Source: Paramecium tetraurelia
Taxonomy: Eukaryota
Length of the DNA stretch: 64,000 nucleotides
Reading direction: 5' to 3'
Assembly: GCA_000165425.1 (NCBI GenBank)
Contig: CT868540.1
Coordinates: forward strand, 62,001 to 126,000
Shown: positions 26,801 to 40,143 of the stretch, piece after piece
Numbering within the stretch: the first letter of the stretch is position 1
Layout: every line of letters starts with the position of its first letter
Position numbers and translations under genes: made by a program
Notes under the pieces: generated by a model
The model's input: the letters and a program-made list of their open reading frames with translations, nothing else
Database searches by the model: none
Told to the model about the DNA's origin: nothing

Positions 26801-27550
26801 TGTTATTTTTATAGTTTTTTAAAGGTTGGTTTTAATTATTGAATTATTGTTAATTTTAATGATTTTAAACATTTTAAAAATCATCATCAAATTCCTCAAA
26901 TTACATTTTTTACTATTAGTTTTATTGATAATTAATCGCACTTTAATTTTTCTATAAACCTGAATCAATTAATAACTTTTTCTATTCGAGTAGCTATGTT
27001 TGAAACAAATCTTAAAAATAGTCCTTTGCAAAATCATAAAGTGCTTCTTCATATAAAACCAATTTAATTTGAACATCCTTTATCTTATCCCTGCAATTTC
27101 GAAATGTCTCTTTAAAAACCATGAAAGATTCATCTGGACTGTAATCCGCAATTCCACATCCAAGTGTTGGTATTAAAATGGATTTTATTTTATTCTCATA
27201 TATTTCTTTAAAACTAATTTCTAATAGATTTAATACATATTATGAAATAGTTGTCTTAACAAATTAAGGGATTGCTAATGTTATTTATCATCATATTTTG
27301 GAACAATAGAATGTATTATATATTTAAAAACTTTGTGATTTATTGGAAGTGTTATGGCTTATGAACACTAAATTGAACTTGACTTTTATTTTAATAAATA
27401 ATTGTTGCATGGTTATTAAATATTATTCCGACCAAAGAGATCATATGCTTATTATCTCAAACCAGGGGAATCTTGCAATGATTAATCTGAGGGTAAAGCA
27501 ATTGCTTGGGCTTAAAAATCAAATATATTTCCTTAAATTATTGAAAACAT
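23806..27550 (-). CDS. Multi-macrodomain protein (one canonical and three degenerate macro domains) with a kinase C-lobe-like segment
   Basis: Canonical macro: [34 protein letters not shown]...IFHAASP...SIAIPMISAGIYGFP. N-terminal macro-like: FSIIQGNIFDFQAQAIALP...IIHSIVPKY...SILIPTLGCGIADY. The frame stays open across the N gap if the duplicated flanks are collapsed. Confidence 0.72.
25608..25911. other. Assembly gap (N run 25674-25823) flanked by a ~66-bp direct duplication
   Basis: aataagaatcatttgattccg...atcaaaaggtt occurs on both sides with one mismatch; a 22-nt unrelated stub (gctagagcgggatagatatgcg) follows the gap. Confidence 0.9.
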
Positions 27551-27587
27551 TTTTTATATTATTTAATATTTTATAATTATTTAATTA

Positions 27588-28304
27588 ATGATTACCATTT
27601 CCAATGAAGAGATGATTCCCTGTAGGTTATATCTCTTAAAAACGGATAAACTGATTATTAAAAATAAGCAAGAAGAGGGATTGACGTTTACATTCATCCA
27701 ATAGAAGAGTAAGCCATTAAAAATAGATGAATAATGTAAGTTTGATTGTAAGGTTGGAAATCACTATTTGATTTGTGAGAAACTCAATCTAAAGGCTGAA
27801 GTTTATGTTTTTAAAAATTAATATGATAGAGAAAAATATTAGACCGAGGAAGAAGAATTTAAAGCTACAAAATCAGAACAACAATATGATAGTGATGATA
27901 TTTCAAATGAAAATGATGAAATTATGAGTGAAGAAATAGGGATCTTGCCTTAAAGAAAGAAGAAATCATTAAAATGGTCTACAGCTGAGACCTCGTCCAC
28001 ATATTATTCTAAAAAAGAAAATTAATCAACCACTTCAGATATGAGTGAGCAGTTATTACCTGAGAAAAGAGGAAAACGTAAGGGCTCTGATCCTGTGATT
28101 TAGAAAACAGAACTAATTGTAAAACCTAAAATCTATAGAGGAACTAATTAAATTAATAATTTATTATAAATTCAATAAAATGCAAAAATTACATAAACAA
28201 AATAAATAACAATCTCAGAAGAATAATTGTTGTCACTAAAACTTAATTGGAATGCTTAAAGGATGATAAATGAATATCTTATAAATTAATATTCTTATTA
28301 ATGA
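27588..28304 (+). CDS. Hypothetical protein (238 aa) with acidic tract and basic NLS-like patches
   Basis: Open frame MITISNEEMIPCRLYLLK...YDSDDISNENDEIMSEE...PEKRGKRKGSDP...*. Confidence 0.65.
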
Positions 28305-28555
28305 ATCTCCTCTCCAACATATATTTCAAACTCAATTAAATTATCAAATGGAAAATCATCTAATATATTAATCATTTTAATCTAGGAGAATTAGAAAGAA
28401 AGAATTTAAATTTATTTTCTTCTTACAAACTAATTATTTTTACTTTTCGAACAGAAAATTACAAACTCTATTATTAAATAAATTATAATAGAAATTTAAA
28501 GTAGAATTAGAAAGTTTAAATCCGGTTAAAATGAATAAGATCATATTAAATATTA

Positions 28556-29140
28556 ATGAATTCCTAAGAAAGAATATATATTAAAGCTTTAGTCAGAAAA
28601 ACTAAAAAGATAATTGAAAATAAATCTAAGCCCAAGCCAATCTCAGATGAAGATAATTATGGACTAACAGATTTTGAAATAAATTCTGAAGAATATTATT
28701 AAGAATTTCAAGCTCTATCAGAAGAATTCTCAGGGAAATGCATCCTTTAAACATTTGACCAATCTGATGAAGAGAGTTTAAATTTAAAAAAGAACAGATC
28801 TGGTGATAATTAATTCTCTCCACGAAACCAAATCATTTAATCAGAAACAGTCCCTTCAGATAACAAAATTTTCGAAAAATAATAGAATTAAGAGATGGAG
28901 GGTGATAATTTGTCAACAGGAACTTTATCTGAATCAAATAAATGTTATGATTTTAATATTGATCCCCTCTAAGTTGCATAAGAAGGAGAAATAGATTATT
29001 TGGAGGGTTTAAGCAACCTTTTAAGAACCGTTGCGACAAAATAAAAAAAATAATAATGTTAAAAAAAAAAGAACCAAGTAAAACAATCGAGCAGACTACC
29101 GTAAATATTCAAACAAATTCTCAAGAGTAGTCGAACCTGA
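28556..29140 (+). CDS. Hypothetical protein (194 aa)
   Basis: Open frame MNSQERIYIKALVRKTKKIIENK...FKQILKSSRT*. Confidence 0.65.
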
Positions 29141-29203
29141 TGTTATTATTTTATCACTTTTGTTATTATATATTGTTAACTATAAATTTAATAAAAAATT
29201 AAA

Positions 29204-31592
29204 AATGTCAAAGAAATATTTTATCAATAATTTAGATAGTCCATTAGGCTAAGAGTTCTACTCTTAATTAGTAAAGGAAGATACTGACGAAGGAGTCCAT
29301 ATGGCAACTTATACTATTGATGACCCAAATAAGATGCCTCCAAAAGGGTTTAAGAAAATATTGAAACGGTATGAAAATTTGATATGTTAGATACAAACCC
29401 AAGTTGTCTCGAAAAAAGATGCTTGAAGAATGCGATGTTTATGTATATGATGTAGCCTCTGCAACCCAATAAGATTTAGATTATGTTTGTGATATCTTTA
29501 AGAACAGCAAAACAACGCTAGAAGAACAGAAGGTATTAGAGTAGGCTATTGAAAGGTGCTTATTCTAGTTTCCACAGTTTTAACCTGGAGTGCTATGCCA
29601 GATAAGGTAAAACCAAAAGTGGAGAAAAAAGCAGATGAAGAATAAGAGGGAGAACAATAGGAGTAGCAAGAATAATAATAAAAGAAGGAGGAAGCAGAAG
29701 AAAATCAAGAGCCAAAAGAAGATGAAAATTAAGAATAAGAATAAGAATAATAATAGGTTTAGTAATAACCAATTAATGAAGTTCCTGAGGTTATAGAATA
29801 TGTGCCTTGGGAAGAAAGTGATTATAAGTTGAGAAGTGCTTCATCCTAATATTAACAATTAAAAGAATGGGAGGATATGGTATTAAGTCTATAGAAGGAC
29901 AACTTAAAAGTAATAGTTGTTTGTGCAGGATTAATATATGGCAAAGGAGAAATACTATTTCAAAAATATTTTAAAGTAAAGCATTCAAATTAATAAAAAG
30001 AAAGCATGGTTATAATAGCCATACAAATTAAGTTATTAGCCAGATGGAAATAATAAGGTTCCCACAGTTCATATAACTGATCTAGTGAAAATGATTGTTA
30101 AGGTTTCTGAATCTATTCCAGAATCAAATTACATTTTTGCAGTTGATAATACTAAAGATAGATCACAAAAAGCTATAATACAAGGTATTGCAACTGGAGT
30201 TGGAAGTGGTTGGATTGAAGAAAATGATGACTTTTTTAAGGATTTCACTCCAGAAGAAATGGATTGCTTTAGATTACATTTGGATTGCAAACCATCCCAA
30301 ATGTTCATTGGAAATGAAGAAACTCCATCTGATTTTGAATGGCATTGTGAAAAAGGAATAGCTGTCAATGCTAAGAAAATATTATAAGAATTCACATCAA
30401 TACATAAATTAAGACCAATCAAAATCATTATGGAATCTAAAGCTGAAAATATGAGATTTTAAGATATTTTGAATATGATTGGCGATCATTATAGAATTCC
30501 AGTGATCAATTAAGAATAAATATTTAAGGATGCTTAGGATCCAAATTATGTGTTCCCACCAGAAATGCAGGAAGATTTTGATGAATTATGGCCTGCAATT
30601 CAAGAATATATTAATAGCTAAACTCCTGCATAATTGTCAGAATAATTAAAGATTTATTATAAAGTAATCAAGTGGAGATTGAGTTAAAATGATTGTTAAA
30701 ACAGAGGGTTTATTTTATAGAATTTTCCAAATTACTTTGAAGAGGCTGATTTTATCTTCTATCCCAATAAATAGAAACTTAAAATGAAGAAAAAACCAAA
30801 AAAGAAACCAGTTGTTTCTGAAGAAGCAAAACAGCAATCTCAGGAACCTGCTGTTGATGAGAATGGAGATCCAATCGAATAAGAACAGGCAGAGGAGCAA
30901 TAATTAGATGAGTAATAATAAGAGGAACCATAAGAAGAAGAATAATAGGAGGAAGAGTAATAAGAGGAGGAATAAGAGGGTGGTCCAAAACCAGAAGATT
31001 TTTTCCCAGAATCCTATATAGTAATCAAACCATTAGGCAAAACTGATCAATTTGATTATAACAGAAAATTGATTAATTTCTTTAGTGAAAGAAATTTAGA
31101 TGCCTATTTCATTGATCCAAGAAAGAAAACAAATCATGACACTTTTGAAGATTTGAGAATATATATTGAAAGAGTAATTTATTTATAAAGATTAATAGAA
31201 TGGAAGACCTTATAATTATTTATAAAATGAATAAGAATTAATAATTCAATATTTCAATTTACAGAGAATTAAAGATTTAACCATCAAATATACTAGAAAA
31301 TAAGCTATACAAATTTGGAAAGAAATTACAAAAGTGAAAAAGGATAACAGATAAGGTTTGGTTACGAAGTACACTAAATACATATAAGAACAAGAATAAG
31401 AATTATAATAAGTTAAACAATTTCCTTTTAGAAACTATTTAATGGATTTTGTAGTACCAGTATTGAATGAAGGATTGGTGGAAGTGGCACATATTCTACC
31501 AGATGATCCAGTTGAATTTTTGGTATTTAAACCTTATTATAAAATAGGCAGAATATTTGTATAAAAGGAGTTTTAATGTTGACAATGAATGA
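29204..31592 (+). CDS. AK7: Adenylate kinase 7-like ciliary protein with C-terminal DPY-30 motif (P-loop degenerate)
   Basis: YFINNLDSPLG, ILVSTVLTW, VVCAGLIYGKGE, NKVPTVHITDL, CQNRGFIL, GRPYNY, PFRNYLMDFVVPVLNEGLVEVAHILPDDPVEFLAEYL. Confidence 0.85.
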
Positions 31593-31625
31593 TAATAAAT
31601 ATTATTAATATTAATTCATATTTTT

Positions 31626-32717
31626 ATGGAGGTTGAAAAAGTTAATATATGGTTAGATTGTGATGTCGGTAATGATGATGCTATGGCAATCATATTGGCA
31701 TTGTATCATCCCAAGTCAAATTTGTTGGGAATCTCAACTTGCTTTGGTAATACTTGGTATTTGATTCACATAACGACATAGTCTTGAAAATTGTACAAAC
31801 AATACAATTAGATTATTAAGTTCAGTTGGCAGATCGGAAGTACCAGTATTCAAAGGAGCAGCATGTTCATTAAAATCTGTTACGGCTACTACAAAAATGC
31901 ATGGGAATCAGGGTAATAATTGTTTTTACAAAATTTAAAGGACTATACGCAGCAGAAAAGTTAATCAAAAATTTCGAGCCAGTTCAAAATATCCCATTGT
32001 ATGACTTAATCAAAAAAACTGCTGGGGATTAGAAGGTATTAACAACTTAAGAGTTATAGTTCGTGATAGTAATAACTGGCCCATAAACGAATATAGCAAT
32101 TTTATTGAGGGATCACCCAGAGATCATTCCTTAAATTCAAGAGATTGTTTTTATGGGGGGAACCTCAGGATTCGGAAATGTTACTCCAAATTCAGAGTAT
32201 AACGTTTATTCAGACCCAGAAGCAGCATAATTTGTAATTGACACTTGCAAATAACATCAATTAAAATTAGTGATGATTGCATTAGATCTGACATACGTAC
32301 TCAAATAAATAAATATATAGACATGCTAATTAGTTGAGTCATTATAATAGAGGATCAAAGCTATCAATACGAAGTTTTCAGATTGGTGTTTGGAAATGCT
32401 TTAGGAATTCTAAGCAGCCTATAAAGCCTAAGAATTTGATTACCCTCCTATTCATGATCGTAACATTCAACTTAACTTCTATAATAGCTGTTGCTGTTTT
32501 TTACCCTCTACATCCTGAACTTTACATAACCAAACCGTTATTTGTGGCTGTAGATTGTGAATCAAAATTATGCTATGGGAGAACTGTAGTTGATAAATAA
32601 GGAGTGCTTGGGTTAGAACCAACACTGGAGTTTGGTAGAAAAGTAGTGGTTGAAGAATTTTGGAATTAAATGATTGAAGCCATCAGATAAGCAGCGAAAA
32701 ATTCAAAGTTAGAATGA
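31626..32717 (+). CDS. Inosine-uridine preferring nucleoside hydrolase
   Basis: [41 protein letters not shown]...[23 protein letters not shown] (split by an intron), YGRTVVD. Confidence 0.93.
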
Positions 32718-33125
32718 AATTATATTATTATGATTTAAATTTCCTTTGTATATTAATACTAAATAAGGTATAAGTGTAGGCTGCTGAAACAATGAATATA
32801 GAGCTGTACCTAGTTTATGAGTAATATAATTTTCTGTAGAAAAATATATAAATCAAATTTATATTATGTTCATTAATAGAATGCAACATGATTTTTGATT
32901 AAGCAATATTTTTATAAGTACTAATAAGATAAGAATGAGATTTTAGAAGAAGAAAAAATCAAATTATAAAAAGATTATAAGATATCAGTTCTATAAGAAA
33001 AAAGCAAAGATTTTTATTGAATACAGGTTTTCTATAAAATATGAAAAAAATGATTCAATCTTATTATAATTATTATACATTAAAAATATAAGCGAAGAAA
33101 TTGTATAAAATAGTTAAAAACCTTA

Positions 33126-34802
33126 TCATTGCCAAGAAATACTTTCTCTACTGTTACCCACTTTATATTGTATTTTCCAAATTGTAAAAACGTATCTTTT
33201 AGTTGGATCAATTGATTCTCTATGAAATTAAAATAAATAATAACATACAACAAACTACTAATAATTTAAGTAAAATACTTTGTATATGAATTACATATAT
33301 GTAAAGATTAAAACAAACCTTAGTAAATTAATAGCATTTAACCCNNNNNNNNNNNNNNNNNNNNNNNNNNNNNNNNNNNNNNNNNNNNNNNNNNNNNNNN
33401 NNNNNNNNNNNNNNNNNNNNNNNNNNNNNNNNNNNNNNNNNNNNNNNNNNNNNNNNNNTCCACAAAATATCGTATAATATTGAAGCAAGTAGTCCTGCTC
33501 CTACTAATTTGATATGAATTGGCTCAAATCTATCCATTAAAATTGTTAACATTAATCCATGACAGACTAACACCTATATTCATAAATGAATATGTAATAT
33601 ACATCTAAAAATGAAGGTTTAGCAGAACAAACAAATAAGGTGATCAAGCCATAAATAGTGAATATGATAACACCACGTTGAAGAATTTCTGGAGCTTCTG
33701 GTGTTTACTCTTGGATTTCTACTTATTTATCAGACTAGAGAATAGACCATATTTATTCTTAGGGAGAATTTATTTAATTTTATTATTAATCTATTTCATT
33801 GATATTATGATCTGCTTCTTATTAATTTTAGGATGATTGTAATTGTTAATTAAAGATATTTGATGACAATTACTTATTATTTTATTCTTTTGATTATTAT
33901 TTAACTTTGAATGGTCTTTCAATTACTTCTATGTTGTTCTTATATTCTATTAAATCACTATCTAAATTAACCATTTTCTATTCAAATTTCTATAATTAGG
34001 CCTATAAGTATTGGTGCTGTTTAAATATTAGTTACATAAAATTACCTTGTTTAACACAACTTACGCTTCTAAGGTGACAGCGGATCCAAGTACTCTACCC
34101 ACCGGATCTAGTAACTTTAACTCCACTTGTTTTATAGCTAAATCATCCAACTATTGAATATTCAATTAGGCTTGGCCCCATAGAGTGGGTAGGGAGTTAT
34201 CTGTTCTGATGTAAAATTGAATCTAAAGAGATGAGAGAAGTGGGGGAACTGAACTATGAGATTTGTATTGATGCAAATTTACAATTCAAAATCTTGATTA
34301 AATTCAGGATTGGCTTTATCGTATTACTATAGTGGTTTAGCAATTTAATTTATAACTCCTAAAGTTAATTAGATGTGGCAAGTTGTATATTGTAACTGTT
34401 ATGGAACGTTTTTTATACATTAGAGAGTTAGAAAAATGTATCTTGTATTCGAATAAACAGCTAATTATAGATTTATTACAAACATGTTTCAGCTAATTGA
34501 TTTTCACAAATAGCTTTATTTTATTATATTTATTTTAATTATTATTCTGCATTCTATGTTTTTTCTTCTAATAGCTATATTGCATCTAAGATCGTTTGTC
34601 CAATATCTGCAAGTCTAAATACTACTTTCATATTCAATTGAGTTGGTTTGCATTATTGAAATAATTATTCTGCAATATCTCTATCAAATTCCTTCCTGCC
34701 CATCATATCTAATTTAGCCAATATTTCATCAGCCTTATACAAAGTTTCCTATTTTAATCCGTTTTCCTCAAATCCTCTTAATACAGTTTATAACTTAAAC
34801 AT
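33126..34802 (-). CDS. Membrane protein with putative C2-like region, coiled coil and multi-pass C-terminus (spans N gap 33345-33458)
   Basis: MFKLQTVLRGFEE...FDRDIAEQLFQQC...LWGQAQLNIQQLDD...IIFTIYGLITLFVCSAKPSFLD...GLLASILYDILW[gap]...SRESISWQ*. Confidence 0.7.
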
Positions 34803-34996
34803 ATTAAAATTTATTTATATTATATTCATGTCGTTCAGGAGCTAAAGGAATTTGAAAATTAAAATTAAATCTACTTTCAAGCTCACTCAATATTAATAAT
34901 TAATGAGAGAATATATAAATCAGTTTTTAATTCATTTACTTTGGCTTAAATATATATATTAGGTAATATTGAAATATCTCAAATTAATTAAACAAA

Positions 34997-35602
34997 ATGA
35001 ATAGTAATACAAAAATAACCTTGACAATTGAATAATTAACAGAATTACTAATGAATCCATAATTACCTAATATTTAAAGTAGCTTGTAATCATTGTCTGA
35101 ATTTGAATTGAGAAATAACAACGTCGATTTAATGAAAATAGTATCATTTGTTGATTAGGATGAGTTCCAAGCCATCAGCACATCTACTTCAAGCAAAAAT
35201 AGTCAAACTCAATAAATGATTGAGAAAATTAATGAATTAGAAGTGGAAAATAATTATCTCAAAAATTAATTGGAGTAGTAGATTGAGAAAGAAAACCATT
35301 TAAGAGAACAAATGAACCAATACTTGAAAGAATCATCGAAATTAAAATCAGAGAATGAACGTCTTAGCAAATAAATGGATGAACTAGAAGCATTAATAAA
35401 TCAAAACAAAGTGATATCAAATAGACTTGATCCTGTCTCTAAATCAGTCCACTTGGATATGAAGAAAGCCTTAATTGTCAAACCATTAACAATAACACAA
35501 CCGTTGCGCAAATTTTCAGGTGCTAGTGGAATAGTAGCATAGCATCCTTTTAAAAATTCCAAAGACTTAATTAGAATAAAAACTGAAAGAAGTTATTAAT
35601 GA
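34997..35602 (+). CDS. Hypothetical coiled-coil protein (201 aa)
   Basis: Intronless ORF MNSNTKITLTIEQLTELL...EKINELEVEKQYLKNQLEQ...RIKTERSYQ*. Confidence 0.75.
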
Positions 35603-35799
35603 GACTGTCAAATTTTGATTATTTTCTACGTTATATTACATATTTGTATAAAATCTAAGTAGGCTGGGAGTTTTGATATAATTACTGATATCCTAAATCA
35701 AGGAGGTACACTATTTGAAAAAGAAATTAGTAGCAAAATTAATTGAACTCTTAATCGATTATGGTAATGAATAGCCTAATATATATTAATATTCATAAA

Positions 35800-37455
35800 A
35801 TGTTATCATAAATAATTTTGGCTACTCTATTAGGAATAACTTTATGTGGTTGGACAAGGTTCCCATAAATAAAAATAGACAAGTTTAACAAAACTGAATA
35901 GGCCATCTCAATTAGCACTGAGGATTTCAAACATTTAAAATACCCCAATGCTTTTGATTTGGAATTGTATTATCAGGAAGGACTCACCGATGAAAAAGAT
36001 ATTTCAAAATACTAAAAAATCGAGGATACATATCTATAATAACAAGGATGCTCTTATTCTGAAAGGAAAATAAAGGTAGAAGATCAAATGTAGATTTAAT
36101 TGCCAGATGAAGGCAAGTACAGTTTTACTGATATGATAGTTGTTGAAAAATCAGCATTTGTAATTAGGAATGATCATAAAGTATTTAGTGTCTAATTAGA
36201 TTTTAATGGGAATGAGTTGAAGGTATGCTATAATAATTATAATTTAAGAAATTAAGTGTTTCTTCCTAACATTTAGATTTTTCAAATTAAATTGCTATTA
36301 ATCTCAAAAAAAAACCTCAATTTTTGGTAGCAGGCCAATAAGTCTTTGTTGTGACGGAGAAAGGAACAATTGGCTTCAATTTTACGGAATGGTCAAATGG
36401 AAGTTTGCCAAAAATAAATTTTCATAATTTGGAAGAAGTGAACAATATTTATTATGTCCATTATGATGAAAAATTTAGGAGGATGTTTATAGTTGCTGGA
36501 ATATAAGGCGTGTTGGTGTATGAAATAAAATAATAGGAGTTAAATCATCTTTATACAATAAATATAAATTTAAACATAATTAAAGTGTAAACTAAGGACG
36601 ATCAATTATTTTTATTAGATGATAAAAAAGGAATCCACTTTTATACTATAACTGAAAGTGAATACAAAGATAGTGGTAATTATACAATATTATTTAGAAT
36701 TCCTAATTCCTCTGGAAAATCCTATATCTTTTGTATATAATAAGAACTCTTTCTTAGTAGTGGCTTAAACTGGGCAATCTTCAGATAAGATCATTTTTGG
36801 AATAGAAATTCTGTTTCATTTTAAAAATCAAGAATTTTATTATAATAAATTTTATTTAGAAGATATGCAATTAAAAGATGTCTAAAGTTGTGGTGACTTT
36901 TAATTTTTAATTGGTTATGATGTACACAAGATCATTTAAACAAATGTATACAGAGGATTTGTAGATGAAAATTTTGATTATGATACTGATTTCATGATAC
37001 CATTATTATAGAAAATTGAGGAAATAGAAGGCACAGATTACGAAAAAGCTAATTATTAATATCATCATTCGTTAGCATTGACACCTCGTCATTTATATGG
37101 ATTGACTATTAAGGACAGAAATCCAGAGATAGTTTGTTCATCTCAAAAATAAATTGAGTAGTCTTATGCAATTTTAATTAATTCAACTTAATGTGAAAAG
37201 GCAGAAACAGATCCTTTCATAGTTTGTCATGAGGAACATTTTATTAATTTAGTGGTAAATGAAGTTTTGCTAGATTCATAATCGTAATGGTATGCAGAGG
37301 TGTTCCTGATTGTGGTTTTCGTAATCTTTATTTTGTTATTAATATGCGGATACAAAATGTGCACTAAATGGAGAATTATTATGAAAAATGTGGAGGCTAC
37401 ATTGTAAAGTAAAAAAGGTAATAAACAATATGCAGACCTGCCACTGGGATAATGA
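35800..37455 (+). CDS. Type I membrane protein (signal peptide, beta-rich ectodomain, C-terminal TM, YxxL tail)
   Basis: MLSQIILATLLGITLCG signal-like start; TM VFLIVVFVIFILLLICGY; tail ...KQYADLPLGQ*. Confidence 0.8.
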
Positions 37456-37761
37456 AATTTTCAATAATTTATACAGTAATACAAATATTATCTCGAATAT
37501 ATTACATTTATATTTTGAATCTTTAGTCTATGCATTATTCTTAATTGACAATATGAAATTATGAATACACTATTGTTTAATTAGAGTATTAACTGATATT
37601 TATAACAAATTACTTTTTCTAAATTGTATTTTATATAAATAAAGGTTCATTTATTTAGTATTATGTCTATAATTGCATTCATGTTGATGGCTTAAGACAT
37701 ATTGAAATGAGTGTTAATTATAATTGAATTAGTTTTACTTTAAAGGAATTTAAGAAGGGCT

Positions 37762-39979
37762 ATGAATTATTTAAATAATATGATTTTTTATAAATGTAAA
37801 AGAGGAATACAGTTTTCATTTGCTCTTAAACTTCTCATTACTGCAAGTTTCTCTAATGACATTTATTTGATAGTCATATCCTCGGTGAATATATTTACAA
37901 TATTATTGATATTGAATAAGAAATATACACCAATTTGGAAATATTTCAGAATTATTTTGCTTTTAGAATTGTGCTTTAATGATTAACCTTTTGGACCTGC
38001 TATTGTGGCATCAATCAAATACAACATTAAATACAAGATCATAATCTTGTCTTATTATTTATTGAGAGCAAGTTTATTTTTTTTTCATACCTTCAAGATT
38101 ATTGATTGGATTTACTTAGGAATCCTTTTTGTTGGTTTTAACACATACTTTTACATGCATGTAATAACTATTTAAAATTTAGGATCTAAAGTAAACAGAC
38201 AGTAAAATAAATTCATAATCTCAAAGGAAGCTCACTTAATTTGACATTCCTTCTCAAAACGATTCTAATGAAGTTATTGATTTCTTAAATTATATTCCTC
38301 TAGGAATATGTTAATTAGATAGCAATTACAATCTAGTGAATTCTAATCACAAAACCAAAAAATATTGTTCCAATATCAAAGAGGATACTTTATAGTAATA
38401 ATTGTTTTTGATGATACAAAGGTAATGTCTTTCGATATAATATTTTAGAGCCTGGATTCAATAGTAATCGATGCCCAGTGCCCTAAGGTTTGAAAGAAGG
38501 TCTTTATTCAATTCTTCCGAAGATTATGGATCTGATTTTCAATTAAAAAGAATGCAATCTTGTAGTTAAAGTAGAAAAAAAGCAATTTCTTTTACCTCCT
38601 GTCGACAATATAACAATCCCGTGGATATTGTCTAAATCATCAATAAATACAAATCAAAAGGTATTTCTGGAAGTATCAATCTCAACTCTCTTAAGTATAG
38701 AGATTAAACTACTTTCAAAACGTATGAGATTAAGATATACGAAGTATCAAAAGGATTATTGATAATGATTAAAAACATAACAAAAAAGGAGAAATAAATT
38801 GATATGAAAGAGAGATATCATTTCCAATAAATGCTCATCAATTCCTTTTCACATGAATTACGCACTCCTTTAAATTGTTCTCTCTCTCTGTTACAAACAT
38901 TAGAACAACAAATTAAGTCAGAATTGAATGATACATATTTAAAACCTGCAATTATCTCAAATAAAAAATTGTTGCACCAGATTAACGACATATTGGATTT
39001 TGCTAATTTTGAAGTTTAAACCTTCAAACTAAGACCCACCATTTTCAAATTGTCTAATCTAATATAGACGATTGAAGATTATTTTAAAGCGGAATGCGAA
39101 TAAAAGAAAATCGATTTTGTCATTTAATCTTGCGAAGATGCTTTCATCAGAAGTGATTATGATAGAATATTACAAATTTTAGTTAACTTATTGAACAACT
39201 CTGTTAAATATACAAAACAAGAAGGAATCATTTAATTGAATGTCAAAAGAGTAGGATCATTGTATCAATTCGAAGTCTTTGATACAGGATGTGGTATTTC
39301 AAATGAGAAACTATTTTTAATTAATAAAATTCTGTAAAACTAAGAAGTTGATATTGCAAGAAGAGGCGAAGAAGATTATATTTAATATGTGGGTTTGGGT
39401 CTAAAAGTGTCAAGTCAGATTGCTAGATAACTTTGCGATAGAGGTGAATTGAATATAACAAGTTAATTGAATCAATTTACAAACAATAGATTCGTTGTAA
39501 AAGATTTGTAATCTTATGATGAAGCATTAATAATACCAACAGATGAATGCATTTAAGAACCATACAAAAGCAAGGTTAAAACTAAATGTAATTGTCTAAA
39601 TGTACTTATTGTTGATGACATCCCCTTCAATCATTTAGCATTCATTACTGTATTGAAATACTTCAATGTAAAAAGTGACAGTGCCTATGATGGACAAATG
39701 GCCATTGAAATGGTTAAGAATAGATTCAAAAATTGCAAATGCACTTATAAATTGATTTTCATGGACATTGACATGCCTGGTATAGATGGATATTAGACAA
39801 CTTAAGAAATTTAGTAATTTTTAGAATAGAATGACATGAGTTCAACTATCATTATGTGCAGTGCATTTGATAGTAAAGATAACATTGATATTGCTTATAA
39901 AAGTGGCATGAAGGATATCCTACCAAAACCAATAGAAACTAGTCGACTCAAAAAAATACTATATAAATATTATTTTTGA
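37762..39979 (+). CDS. Hybrid sensor histidine kinase / response regulator (TM - HisKA - HATPase - REC)
   Basis: SFSHELRTPLN, DRILQILVNLLNNSVKYT, DTGCGI, GLGL, VLIVDD, IFMDIDMPGIDG, KPI. Start codon approximate. Confidence 0.92.
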
Positions 39980-40143
39980 TTATAAATCTATATATATATA
40001 TATAGATTCTTTTTAAGATCGCTTTCTTATTATAGTTCGATGTTTTGCCTTCGTGTTTCTGTGCATTCCTATGTGTCGATCCATTTGATGATAAACTAAG
40101 TCGAGAAAACTGGAATGTTAATATAATTTTAATACAAATTAAA

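Noticed and set aside
33345..33458. Second N run
   Set aside because: Ordinary assembly gap within a membrane-protein gene with no duplicated flanks.
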